From a virus (Duplodnaviria; Caudoviricetes), in the IMG/VR virus record IMGVR_UViG_3300042463_001805, positions 1-64,000 of that record: a stretch of DNA of 64,000 nucleotides, one strand, 5' to 3'. Positions 1 to 9,712 of the stretch are shown here, in pieces. Positions within the stretch are counted from its first letter, which is position 1, and each line of letters starts with the position of its first letter. The position numbers and the translations under genes were made by a program. The notes under the pieces were generated by a model, which saw only the letters and a list, made by a program, of their open reading frames with translations, had not been told where the DNA came from and did no database searches.

Positions 1-1209
1 ATGAAAAATAGATTTGTCATATCAGAAAATGATAGACGAAGTATTTTGTCTATGTATAATCTAATAAATGAAGATGAGAATAAAACTAGAATTGTAGGTA
101 CAATTCAAGTTGTTCCTACTTATTTTAGAGCGCAAAATATTGAATTAAGTTTATATGGTAACAATCAAGATGATTCGTATGAACCAATAGATGGTCTTGA
201 TATTGAGGATATGGTTTTATTAGGTAAAACAAAAACAAACAATAATGGAAATTATGTTTTTAATAATGTTACTGATTTTGATAATTTATTTATTTCATTT
301 GAAGGAAACGATTTTTATGACTCAATAAATTATAGAGTTGTAAAATTAACCCCGAATAAAGACAATACTGTAGATTTTGATATTAAAAGTAAAAACGGTA
401 AAAAACCAGACGATGAAGAAAAGAAAAAGAAACCAAAAAAAATAAAAAAATGCGAAAAAAAGGAATCGGATAATAATAAATTTTATGGTTATGGTGAATA
501 TATGATTGATGGAGATACTGAAGAAATAATAAAAGGAGAACCATTCAAAAAAAATGTTCAAGGAAAAATGTATCAAGAAGCATCAAAAGTTGCGGTAAAA
601 GACGCGTTATTTGATTACTTGGATTTGTACCCTAATAAGGTTGTTAGTTTTGATACGTTATATAAACATATTTTAAATATAATCGGTACACAAGATCTTA
701 AAAAATTAACAATCACATGTAAAAAAGTTTTTTATGAAAACGGTAAAATAGTGGCAACAACAATAGTTAAATTTAAAAAAACATTTTTAGATCAAGAAAT
801 AAAAAAATTAGAACCTAAAATAATTCCTGTTGTAAGAAAAATTGATTTTGAAGATATTGATTTTCAAAAAGCATTAGAAGATTCTTTTAAGAATAAAAAG
901 AAAATATTTTTATTTTTCTGTACAGATAATCAAGAATGTAATGGTCTATTAAAAAACTTTGTTGAGTTAGGTGATTTAGATAAAAAATTAGGCGGTTGGA
1001 TCAAACTGTATTACAAAGTAGACATGAGTCAAGAAAAAAAATATGTGGTGGCTTCAGAAACACTAAAAGTATTTACATACCCGACTGTTGTCATTTTAGA
1101 AGCCAGCAAAGATCCAACAAAAAACTATATAAAAGATTCGGTACGAATTATTAAAAAAATTACATCATTTGATGAAACAATTTCAGGAATGAGTAATTTA
1201 TTAAACTAA
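1..1209 (+). CDS. Putative virion cargo protein: N-terminal leader, beta-sandwich-like region, C-terminal thioredoxin-like domain
   Basis: Leader ISENDRRSILSMYNLINE; C-terminal FQKALEDS..KKKIFLFFCTDNQEC...YPTVVIL resembles a thioredoxin fold without canonical CxxC. Confidence 0.55.
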   Translation: MKNRFVISENDRRSILSMYNLINEDENKTRIVGTIQVVPTYFRAQNIELSLYGNNQDDSYEPIDGLDIEDMVLLGKTKTNNNGNYVFNNVTDFDNLFISFEGNDFYDSINYRVVKLTPNKDNTVDFDIKSKNGKKPDDEEKKKKPKKIKKCEKKESDNNKFYGYGEYMIDGDTEEIIKGEPFKKNVQGKMYQEASKVAVKDALFDYLDLYPNKVVSFDTLYKHILNIIGTQDLKKLTITCKKVFYENGKIVATTIVKFKKTFLDQEIKKLEPKIIPVVRKIDFEDIDFQKALEDSFKNKKKIFLFFCTDNQECNGLLKNFVELGDLDKKLGGWIKLYYKVDMSQEKKYVVASETLKVFTYPTVVILEASKDPTKNYIKDSVRIIKKITSFDETISGMSNLLN

Positions 1210-1234
1210 TAATATATTTATAAAAAAAACAATT

Positions 1235-1867
1235 ATGAAAAATTTAAGACAAGAGTTAAATGAAATGAAATTTTTATTTGGATACAAGCCAGGTAAACTA
1301 TTATCTGAACAAAATATACCAACTGAAGAAGAGTACGGTATGGAAGAAATGTATGACATGGAAGAAATGTATGACATGGAAGAAGGAGAATATCCTATGG
1401 AAGAAGATTTTGAAATGGAAGACGATATTTTAATGGCAGATCCTGATGTAATGGAGCCTGAAGTTAAACCTGACACAGATAGGGGCGTTGAGGAAAGACC
1501 ATCTAGACCCGGAAGACCAGATAGAGACCCAAGTAGATTACCATATACCGATCCCGATACACACCCACAAGGAGAATATGAAGATGATTTAATTATGAAA
1601 AAGGGATATGCTGAAAAAAAAGACCGTGATGAGGTTGAATACGAATTAGAAATTGACGATGAACCAAGAAGGTCTAGAGACGAGGTTGAATACGAATTAG
1701 AAATTGATGACGAACCAAGAAGACCAAGACCTATGAGAAGTATGAGTAGAAGAGGGTCTATGGATCGTGAAGAAATGAATGAACCATTTGTTGATGATGT
1801 TGATTCAGAATACGAAAATAGCGATTTAGGAGATTTAGTAAAAAAATATTTAGGTAAAAGACGTTAA
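1235..1867 (+). CDS. Acidic low-complexity protein, probable prohead core/internal protein
   Basis: E/D/M-rich repeats, leader QELNEMKFLFGY..LLSE, TATTTAT at 1215. Confidence 0.6.
   Translation: MKNLRQELNEMKFLFGYKPGKLLSEQNIPTEEEYGMEEMYDMEEMYDMEEGEYPMEEDFEMEDDILMADPDVMEPEVKPDTDRGVEERPSRPGRPDRDPSRLPYTDPDTHPQGEYEDDLIMKKGYAEKKDRDEVEYELEIDDEPRRSRDEVEYELEIDDEPRRPRPMRSMSRRGSMDREEMNEPFVDDVDSEYENSDLGDLVKKYLGKRR
1625..1724 (+). repeat. Intragenic 51-nt tandem duplication (RDEVEYELEIDDEPRR x2)
   Basis: Two near-identical copies of GAGGTTGAATACGAATTAGAAATTGA.GA.GAACCAAGAAG. Confidence 0.9.
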
Positions 1868-1868
1868 T

Positions 1869-2867
1869 ATGCGAAGAAATAGGTTGATTTATGAAAGACC
1901 TGTAAGTGATTACTTACCTGATGAATTTAAAAAAGGGGCAAAAGAGGCGAGTAAACGTTTATATGATGACCCAACTAACCCTGCGCCTAGTAGTAATCAA
2001 GTAGGTATGTTAATGATGGGTTTACCAAGAATGGAATCAGGTAAACAACAACAATTAGTTAATCTTGCGTTAGAATCATTTTACGGAATGTATCCACATA
2101 TTAAAAAATTAGTGGATCAAGGTAAAATTATAATGGATGTTCAGTTAGGTAGTGCTGGTGGTAGAATGAAAACTCAAACACCCGCAAGACCTTCAGTAGA
2201 AAAGGCTAAAGAAACTGATCCTGACTTTGATGAAAGAATAAAACAAAGACATTTTATTAACGCTAAGACACAAGGTAAGGCTTGGTTAGACGGTTTTGGT
2301 GCCATCAAGAAGATGAAAAGTAAAATTGAAGCAATTGATCCTAGTTTATATCAAAACTATGACGGATTTGTTAGAGGAGCTTCAAGATTTTATTGGGAAA
2401 ACACCGAAATGTTAGAAAGAATGGCAGCATCAGGAGCTGGTCGTATGGCATATTGTGATGTTTATCCTGACAAATCAAAAAAAGGTGTGTTTGTTATAGA
2501 AGTAAGAGCACCACATCTTCCATTATTAATGCATGAGTTAGTTAAAGGTGCCGAATACTACGATAGTTTATTTTCATTACCTGGTCAGAAAGAAGTTGGT
2601 GATGTTTTAATGGGTATTACTGACGTTCACAAACACGAAATTCAAAATATGAACTACGGTAGGTCTTTGTGGTCAAAAATTCGTTACATCTTAGAAGAAT
2701 TTGTAAGTGGTTATGATAGATCTATGGAAAGTGATCTTACTTTTATGTTAGAAAGTCTTGGACCTAAAGTTTATAATAGATTTATGGATGGTATTGTTAA
2801 AGATGATAACAAAATTATTCAAGAGTTTATTGCCGAGTGTGAAGAATTAGTAAAAGAATTAGATTAA
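1869..2867 (+). CDS. Hypothetical phage protein
   Basis: 332-aa ORF starting just after the upstream stop; HELVKG motif (HExxH-like, second His absent). Confidence 0.7.
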   Translation: MRRNRLIYERPVSDYLPDEFKKGAKEASKRLYDDPTNPAPSSNQVGMLMMGLPRMESGKQQQLVNLALESFYGMYPHIKKLVDQGKIIMDVQLGSAGGRMKTQTPARPSVEKAKETDPDFDERIKQRHFINAKTQGKAWLDGFGAIKKMKSKIEAIDPSLYQNYDGFVRGASRFYWENTEMLERMAASGAGRMAYCDVYPDKSKKGVFVIEVRAPHLPLLMHELVKGAEYYDSLFSLPGQKEVGDVLMGITDVHKHEIQNMNYGRSLWSKIRYILEEFVSGYDRSMESDLTFMLESLGPKVYNRFMDGIVKDDNKIIQEFIAECEELVKELD

Positions 2868-2879
2868 AACACCAATCCT

Positions 2880-3539
2880 GTGGAAGAGTCACAAGCAAAA
2901 CAACTTTTTATTGATTTATTTGGTAAAGAATTTAAAATTTATGGTCTTTTAGTAAAATTAATTAGTGTACATTACGGAGAAGTAAAAAATTCAAACAAAA
3001 CTTACTATTTTAGTTTTGAAATAACTAATTCAAATGACGTTTCTTATTATTATTTACCATTTAAATGGGAGATTGCTGATATGTTAACTGATTTTAGTAA
3101 ATATGTTGATGTAAAAACCAAATCAGAAGTATATTTTGATACCAACCAAGGTGATTTATACTTTAATCTAGAGAAAACTAAAGAAATTGAAAGGTCATTT
3201 AAGAAAGTTGGCACAATAAAGTTCACAACAGGGACTCCTTTTATTGGTTATAAGCGTTATGAACTAAAAATTGAGTCAGTTGGTTACAAAAAAGGGTATA
3301 ATTATGAAAACATATGGTTAGAAAATATTGCTAAACCTATAAGTGCCACTAAAAATGGTGAACCATGTGAGATTGATGAGGTAATTTTACAGTACTACGA
3401 AGAATTTTTACCTCAACAAGAAACATATTGGGAATCAGAGAACCTTTATCAACATTTAGACCAAGTTTTATCGACAATACCATCTATTGGTAACAACGAT
3501 ATACTATTAGAGTACTCAACAACCTTACTTCGTAAGTGA
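2880..3539 (+). CDS. Hypothetical protein
   Basis: 219-aa ORF with GTG start, same direction as upstream genes. Confidence 0.6.
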   Translation: MEESQAKQLFIDLFGKEFKIYGLLVKLISVHYGEVKNSNKTYYFSFEITNSNDVSYYYLPFKWEIADMLTDFSKYVDVKTKSEVYFDTNQGDLYFNLEKTKEIERSFKKVGTIKFTTGTPFIGYKRYELKIESVGYKKGYNYENIWLENIAKPISATKNGEPCEIDEVILQYYEEFLPQQETYWESENLYQHLDQVLSTIPSIGNNDILLEYSTTLLRK

Positions 3540-4799
3540 TTTACTACGTTTTTTACGGTGAAATGTGATAACAAACCTGTGAACCTCATCTTGAATGGTT
3601 GCAAGTAGGTTAAAAAACTTAGAATTTTCAAATTTTACAGTATTTCCGTCAATAAAATGTAAAATATCTGACTTATGAGACGAATTTTTACTAATTGAGA
3701 CTAAATCTACCCTATCAAGTATAGAAAGTTCGTTAAAAACCCTTTTTGCTACCCCTAATTGACCCTTACCACCATCAATTATAACCATATCAGGTAGTTT
3801 TTTCTTCTCTGATAGTAATCTTTGGAACCTACGACGTAAAACTTCATCAAAAGAAGCATAGTCATCAGGACCTTCTACTGTTTTTATGTTGAATTTACGG
3901 TATTCAGAGGTGTTTTTCTTACCATTAGTGTATCTAACTAAGGCAGATACCTGGCAATCACCTCCTGTATGGGAGTTATCATACATTTCTATGTCAATTG
4001 GGGTGTTTTTTAACCCATAAGTGGTCTTAAAGTCGTCTGCAAGTACCAAATAACCACCAATTCTTGTAGTTTCTACACATTTTTCATACTTATTTAGAGC
4101 ATATAACCTGAATTTGATGTCATTTGCCTTCTCAAACTCCATATTCTTACTGTATTTACCCATCAAACGGGATAACTTACCTCTATATTGATCAATTTTA
4201 TAAGAAATTACGTCTTTTAGGTCTGAAATGGTGGAGTTATAGGCAAATTTATTGATATTACCAACACATGGAGCGTCACATCTACCCATATGGGACTCTA
4301 AACAGGTAGAAAACTTAGTATTTTCAACATTTTCAGGTGTAATATCATAAGAACATGACCGTAAATTGAATATATCATGTAGTAAATCATACATTTCATA
4401 GCAAATATTACTACTTGTAACACAAATTAGGGGATCTGAGTCTAAATTTGTCTCATTTTTAACTTCTAAACGTGGAAAAACCTCATTTGATAGGGTTAAA
4501 TACCATTTTTTTGACCGATCATCCTTTAATTTAATGTTAAATTTAGGTTTATGGGATTTAATTAGGTCATTTTCAAGTGTAAGTGCGGAATTTTCGTCTA
4601 AAGTGGTCAAAAAATCAACATCTGAGACGTTTTCTACCAATAATTTGGTCTTATCTGAATGATTTTTGTGAGAAAAGTATGATTTTACCCTGTTTGGAAG
4701 GTATTTTGCCTTACCAACATAGATAATTTGACCTTTTTTGTCTTTAAAAAGGTAACAACCACTAGATTTTGGAATATTTTTTAGTTTTTCTTCTAACAT
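3525..4799 (-). CDS. uvrC: UvrC-like excinuclease (GIY-YIG + UVR + RNase H-like nuclease, no C-terminal HhH)
   Basis: GCYLF..IIYVGKAK.L.NRV.SYF, KPKFN, Cys cluster, FEKA, DNSHTGG, YRKFNIK, DDYAS, PDMVIIDGGKGQL, IQDEVHRF. Confidence 0.9.
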   Translation of the reverse strand: MLEEKLKNIPKSSGCYLFKDKKGQIIYVGKAKYLPNRVKSYFSHKNHSDKTKLLVENVSDVDFLTTLDENSALTLENDLIKSHKPKFNIKLKDDRSKKWYLTLSNEVFPRLEVKNETNLDSDPLICVTSSNICYEMYDLLHDIFNLRSCSYDITPENVENTKFSTCLESHMGRCDAPCVGNINKFAYNSTISDLKDVISYKIDQYRGKLSRLMGKYSKNMEFEKANDIKFRLYALNKYEKCVETTRIGGYLVLADDFKTTYGLKNTPIDIEMYDNSHTGGDCQVSALVRYTNGKKNTSEYRKFNIKTVEGPDDYASFDEVLRRRFQRLLSEKKKLPDMVIIDGGKGQLGVAKRVFNELSILDRVDLVSISKNSSHKSDILHFIDGNTVKFENSKFFNLLATIQDEVHRFVITFHRKKRSKSLTK

Positions 4800-4856
4800 T
4801 TAGGCTAAAATACGACTTTTTTAGGTAAAAACCAACAATTTTGACTATTTATTTGT

Positions 4857-5405
4857 ATGAAAATAGTAATAACTGAGTCTCAATACCAAAAATTGGTTGA
4901 AAATATTGAAATAATTGACGATATTTTAGATAAATTAGGTAAAATTGGGTACGAAAACCTTGAAAATGACGAAAAAATGACCCTAAATAGGTACTCAGAG
5001 TGGTTAAATTCGGGTCAAAAAGGTGAATTTATGGGTGAAATTACCCCTAAAAACACTGATTTTGAGGCCAAAATAGGTGAAATATTCACTACAAATATGA
5101 GTGATGATAGTGAATTAACATTTCAATATGATTACTCGGATATATTAAAACACGAAAACATACATTACGGTACCGTAAAATGGCATGGAGAAGAGTGGAT
5201 AGGTTTAATTGCAACAGATAAAAATGATAAAATAACTGAAATTGATTTTGTTTTAGATCAAGATTTTTATTTAGATAGTGATGTAGAGAGTTTTAGCGAA
5301 TATGACGACAGTAATGAAAAAAGATTACAAGACGAAATAGGTAAAGATTATAAAAGATTAGAATATTTCTTTCAAGAAGACGTAATACCTTATTTAACCG
5401 ATTAA
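4857..5405 (+). CDS. Hypothetical leader-bearing protein
   Basis: Leader MKIVITESQYQKLVE; TATTTAT at 4846. Confidence 0.7.
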   Translation: MKIVITESQYQKLVENIEIIDDILDKLGKIGYENLENDEKMTLNRYSEWLNSGQKGEFMGEITPKNTDFEAKIGEIFTTNMSDDSELTFQYDYSDILKHENIHYGTVKWHGEEWIGLIATDKNDKITEIDFVLDQDFYLDSDVESFSEYDDSNEKRLQDEIGKDYKRLEYFFQEDVIPYLTD

Positions 5406-6002
5406 ATTTTCTTTTTTTAAATAATCAAATAGAGATTTTGCCAACTTCTCACCAAATTTTATATCTGATGGGTAATGTGCTTTAGCCATTTGTCTTGAAT
5501 AGACGATATCATCTTTGATTTTTTTTAATTCAGATTTAAATTTTGGGTATTTGTAAGATAAAACTAAATAAAGTAAATTAGATTGTGTTGAATGACCCGA
5601 TGGGTATGCGAAACCTTCCATAGATTTAAGCATTGGATCCGATAATTTTGAATCAATTCTAAAAGGTCTAGGTCTTTTATAAAAATTTTTTAACTCAAGT
5701 ATTATTTCTCTAACGTCAAAAATTAACTTATTTATTAATTTATTTTCTTTTATATTTTTTTCTTTTAAAAAATTAATAAAGTTTTGAGGTATATTATCTT
5801 TTTCTTGTACAAATTTTTTTTTAAGGTCTATACTTTTTAAAAAATTAATTTCTTTTTTTGTTTGTGTACTGTTATTTGATGGTGGATATAAATTTTTAAA
5901 TGGGTAAAGATCAAAATTTTTGAATATATTATTTTTAATGGATTTAGTTTCCTGAATACTCATTAAATTTTTAATCCTATTAATTTCTTCATGTAATAAC
6001 AT
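5394..6002 (-). CDS. PAP2-superfamily acid phosphatase with N-terminal leader
   Basis: Motifs KNFYKRPRP, YPSGH, SRQMAKAHYPSD; leader LLHEEINRIKNLMSIQE. Confidence 0.85.
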   Translation of the reverse strand: MLLHEEINRIKNLMSIQETKSIKNNIFKNFDLYPFKNLYPPSNNSTQTKKEINFLKSIDLKKKFVQEKDNIPQNFINFLKEKNIKENKLINKLIFDVREIILELKNFYKRPRPFRIDSKLSDPMLKSMEGFAYPSGHSTQSNLLYLVLSYKYPKFKSELKKIKDDIVYSRQMAKAHYPSDIKFGEKLAKSLFDYLKKENLIG

Positions 6003-6030
6003 ATTTATAAGTATCTATATATTTATTACT

Positions 6031-6456
6031 ATGATAACAAAAAAAGATTTTTTAAATGGAGGCGGTTTAATAGTAGAACAAAAAACCTCTAATAGTGATT
6101 ATGTTGAAATGATTTCATTGTTATTACATTCAAGAACACAGTCACATACACTACATTTACAAACAGAATCATATCCAGAACATATGGCTTTAAATGGGTA
6201 TTATGATGGTATTGGAAACATCATTGACGGATTAGTGGAATCATATCAAGGGAAATATGGTATATTGAAGGGATATAAATCATACCCAATTTCAGAATAT
6301 AAATCTACCGAATCAACAATTAAATATTTAAAAGATTTATGTTCTAAAATAGAGAAATTAAGAAGTTGTTGTAAAGATTCATACATACAAAATCAAATAG
6401 ATACTGCATGTGAATTAATTAATTCAACATTATATAAACTTAGATTTTTAAAATAA
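6031..6456 (+). CDS. Ferritin/Dps-like four-helix bundle protein (DUF5856-like)
   Basis: HxLHLQT..Y.EH.AL..YY....D.LVE.YQG..G pattern, C-terminal TLYKL. Confidence 0.7.
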   Translation: MITKKDFLNGGGLIVEQKTSNSDYVEMISLLLHSRTQSHTLHLQTESYPEHMALNGYYDGIGNIIDGLVESYQGKYGILKGYKSYPISEYKSTESTIKYLKDLCSKIEKLRSCCKDSYIQNQIDTACELINSTLYKLRFLK

Positions 6457-6463
6457 AAAAAAA

Positions 6464-6871
6464 ATGGCAAAAGAAATTTTAATTAAGGAATCAGATCTTA
6501 TCAGAATGATAAAAAGAATGGTTAGCGAAGTAAAAAAAGAACAAGAAATGAAAGAAGGTCTATTTGGTCCAAATAGAAAAGATTTAGAGTTAAGAAAAAC
6601 TGATCTAATTAGAAAAATAGACGACTTAATGGAAGAGTTAGAATTAACTGATGAAGATTTATATAACTCAATTGATTCGGTAATTAGACAAGCAGAAGAA
6701 CATAACTACGATGGTGAAGTTGATGTTAAACAAGGAAGAACAGGAAGAATTGTATTGATTTTTAGACCAACACCATCTAAATTCCATCAATCAGGATTTT
6801 ATAAAAATGTTGTAAGCCCTATGGTTGGTGGTATGAGGGGCGGTCATACATTTGGTGGAGGAAGAGACTAA
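6464..6871 (+). CDS. Hypothetical leader-bearing protein
   Basis: Leader LIKESDLIRMIKRMVSE. Confidence 0.7.
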   Translation: MAKEILIKESDLIRMIKRMVSEVKKEQEMKEGLFGPNRKDLELRKTDLIRKIDDLMEELELTDEDLYNSIDSVIRQAEEHNYDGEVDVKQGRTGRIVLIFRPTPSKFHQSGFYKNVVSPMVGGMRGGHTFGGGRD

Positions 6872-6899
6872 AATTAACATATTAAAATAGTCAAGGTGG

Positions 6900-7196
6900 T
6901 TATTTAACCACCTTTTTTTTGTCCAATAAATTGTGTATCATTTCTAATGATTTAAGACTAACCTTATGGTATTTTAAATAATTGTAAGATCTTATAGTCT
7001 GTTGAGTGAAAAAAATAGATGTTACTGAAAAAATAATTATTGGTATTGTACCTAAAGATAGGTTAACTGTACAAATGACTAACATTGAAATAAAGAAAAA
7101 CAAACTGTGAGCTGAAAAATTTAATTTTAACTCCCATTTGTTTACTAGTTTTTTAGCGTCATTAATTTGATTTTGTTTTTTTTCTTCGTAATTCAT
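6900..7196 (-). CDS. Small membrane protein
   Basis: Two hydrophobic segments; TATATTTG box immediately upstream (7201-7208). Confidence 0.6.
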   Translation of the reverse strand: MNYEEKKQNQINDAKKLVNKWELKLNFSAHSLFFFISMLVICTVNLSLGTIPIIIFSVTSIFFTQQTIRSYNYLKYHKVSLKSLEMIHNLLDKKKVVK

Positions 7197-7232
7197 ATTA
7201 CAAATATAAATAAAAAATTTAATACTAAAAAA

Positions 7233-9008
7233 TTAATCTAAACTATTTTTATATTTTTTAAAAAATTCTAAAGGTATTTTTTCGTGACTCAAAGAAGTCT
7301 TAGATAGTATCCCCTTTTCTTCTAAAGATTTTAATCTATCTCTAGTATTTGGATATCCTGTCCAATTGGCGTGATTTGATAAAGATGCGACATTTGAGGG
7401 TAATCCCCCGTTTTTGTATTTTTCATAATGATTTTCTTCAGTAGATGGATCTATTAATCCTATAAATGAATATTGATTACTATTTGAAATAATTTCATCC
7501 CACACATCAATACCACCGGCAGAAAACCCTAATATTTTATTAACTTGATTATTTTTCTTTATGTTTGGTAAATCTGTAGAAGTGTAAGGTAAAAATATAA
7601 CGTCTTTTTCTGATAGACCCGCAGCAACCCATTGAGATTTCATCCATTCTGGCGTTGCATAATCAGTACCACCAAAAACCACCGTTTTTGATGGAAATAC
7701 GTTTTCTTCATCCTCAATATATTCTTGACCACCAATGTAGTATAAATGCCACGGTTCGGCACCTCTAAGAGGTCCTTGAGTTTTATAAGTCACCTCAAAC
7801 CCATAATCTTCACATTTGTTTGCGACCCAATTTTTTACTTTAGGATTTGTATCCCACCACGATGGGTCTGTACTAAATATATCAAAAGCCTTTCCTGTAT
7901 GGTGTTGACTAAACCCTGGTAATGAGTTCCATTTTTGAGTATCATCTATACCCCTAACTTTAGCCTTTGAACCAAAATTGGTGACTTGATCTTCAGGTGG
8001 TGTAGAAATACTTCTATAACCTGATACTATGTTATAAGGATATTTAACTGAGGGGTTTGCTTTTTTACAATCATTTATTAATTGGTTAATTGCTGCTAAC
8101 GCATCTGAATTAACACTGCCGGCATCGTCTCTGGTTTGACCTTCTTGTTTCATTTCACGATCCAAATGTAATTCAGTAATTTCTACACCCCAGTCCGTTT
8201 TTAATTTTTTAATTGCATTTTGTACAGGTATTGGTAATCTATCAAATATTTTAACATTTGAAGATCCTCCACCTGAGTTGTTATAACCACCGCCTGACCC
8301 AATGTCCTCTATATTTTTTTTAAAATTATCTTCCATTCCTGGATTTATAAAAACAATATACTCGTCATCAATTTCTGCCGGATCAGTATCTTTAACTGTT
8401 TTTTTAACTCCATTTTTTTCTTCAAGTCTATCAGTTGCGTTTGGTGGGTAATATTCAAAATGTTCGTGGGGACCTGTTGATGGTTGGGTATTACCTACCT
8501 CTTGGAAAATGGATCCCGCAGGTATTATGTCCCCTTCATTAAAAAAAACTTTACTGTAATGACAATGTTTAGTTTTGGATCCGTCGTCATGTTCTATAGT
8601 AAAACATAATGGTCCTATTTTACCCATTTTGCCTGATTTAAGTATGGCCATTGGTGTGCCAAAAGGCGCACCATAATCTCTTCCTGCGTGCCAGTGCCAA
8701 TTACAATATCTTGGTTTTCCTTGTGCACATAAACTAGCGATAGGCCCCCTCCACCCATATTTATTACCTCTTCTTACGGATGCTAACGTTATGTACGATG
8801 GGTTTAATTTACTAACATTTATTTGATTTGCAGACCCCTTACCAATCTCACTTGGACTAATATATCTAACAAATTCTCCTTTATCTCCAAATTCTACAGC
8901 ACCTATTACATCTCCGGTCTTTTCACCTGTTGGTAAAAAAGTATTTTTTCTGTATAAACCTTGCTCAGAAATTTGATTTTTAAGTATATCTAATAATTTG
9001 ATTGACAT
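7233..9008 (-). CDS. Tri-domain cell-envelope hydrolase: M23 peptidase + M15B/VanY-like peptidase + alpha/beta hydrolase
   Basis: HAGRD...STGPHEHFE (M23); SGYRS..SQHHTGKAFD..EPWHLYY (M15B); GFSAGG nucleophile elbow. Start reassigned to MSIKLL (9008), downstream of minus-strand TATTTAT. Confidence 0.8.
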   Translation of the reverse strand: MSIKLLDILKNQISEQGLYRKNTFLPTGEKTGDVIGAVEFGDKGEFVRYISPSEIGKGSANQINVSKLNPSYITLASVRRGNKYGWRGPIASLCAQGKPRYCNWHWHAGRDYGAPFGTPMAILKSGKMGKIGPLCFTIEHDDGSKTKHCHYSKVFFNEGDIIPAGSIFQEVGNTQPSTGPHEHFEYYPPNATDRLEEKNGVKKTVKDTDPAEIDDEYIVFINPGMEDNFKKNIEDIGSGGGYNNSGGGSSNVKIFDRLPIPVQNAIKKLKTDWGVEITELHLDREMKQEGQTRDDAGSVNSDALAAINQLINDCKKANPSVKYPYNIVSGYRSISTPPEDQVTNFGSKAKVRGIDDTQKWNSLPGFSQHHTGKAFDIFSTDPSWWDTNPKVKNWVANKCEDYGFEVTYKTQGPLRGAEPWHLYYIGGQEYIEDEENVFPSKTVVFGGTDYATPEWMKSQWVAAGLSEKDVIFLPYTSTDLPNIKKNNQVNKILGFSAGGIDVWDEIISNSNQYSFIGLIDPSTEENHYEKYKNGGLPSNVASLSNHANWTGYPNTRDRLKSLEEKGILSKTSLSHEKIPLEFFKKYKNSLD

Positions 9009-9112
9009 AATATATAAATAAATATACAATATAATAATTACATATAGTTAAATGTTAAACTATTCAATATTTAACACTACTAATTTATTTTTTAAACGTA
9101 TTTATTGTATAT

Positions 9113-9706
9113 ATGAAATTTATAATTACCATTTTATTTTTATTTATTTTTACAATTACATTTGGTCAATGTAACGGTGTACAATCTTTTACTTTAACAC
9201 CTCCTCCCGTTGGTGGTACTTATTTACCTGGTCAAGTTGTAACCATGTGTTATACTATGAATGGGTATACTCAGGCAGGGGTCAATTGGATTGAGGGGTT
9301 TGATTTAACATTAGGTCCAGGTTGGGCTTCAGTTGCTCCACAAACTGCACCTGCAAATTGTGGAGGAAATACTACAGGAGGACAATGGGTTTGGAATACA
9401 TCGGTAACATCTACAACCACCCCAATAGTTACTGTTGGTCCTGGATACTTTTTTGATTTAACAGTTGATGGTAATCCAGGAAATGATTTTGGTGATTCAG
9501 GTTCTTGTTTATGGACATTTTGTGTAACACTAACAGTTGCAAATGTATGTACACCACAAAACTTATTATTACAAGTCACTCCCGGTTCAGATGGTATGTG
9601 GGGTAGTTATACCAGTACAAGTTGTGATGTTGCAACACCATTTACAGTATTTAACGGAACAATAAACACAGTCCCAATTGTACTGGGACCAATAACACAC
9701 AATTAA
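9113..9706 (+). CDS. Secreted beta-rich protein with C-terminal PITHN
   Basis: Bacteroidota-style signal peptide ending FG|Q; Thr/Gly/Cys-rich. Confidence 0.7.
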   Translation: MKFIITILFLFIFTITFGQCNGVQSFTLTPPPVGGTYLPGQVVTMCYTMNGYTQAGVNWIEGFDLTLGPGWASVAPQTAPANCGGNTTGGQWVWNTSVTSTTTPIVTVGPGYFFDLTVDGNPGNDFGDSGSCLWTFCVTLTVANVCTPQNLLLQVTPGSDGMWGSYTSTSCDVATPFTVFNGTINTVPIVLGPITHN

Positions 9707-9712
9707 ATTATT

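Noticed and set aside
2520-2560. HExxH metalloprotease in 1869-2867
   Set aside because: The motif is HELVK, lacking the second His
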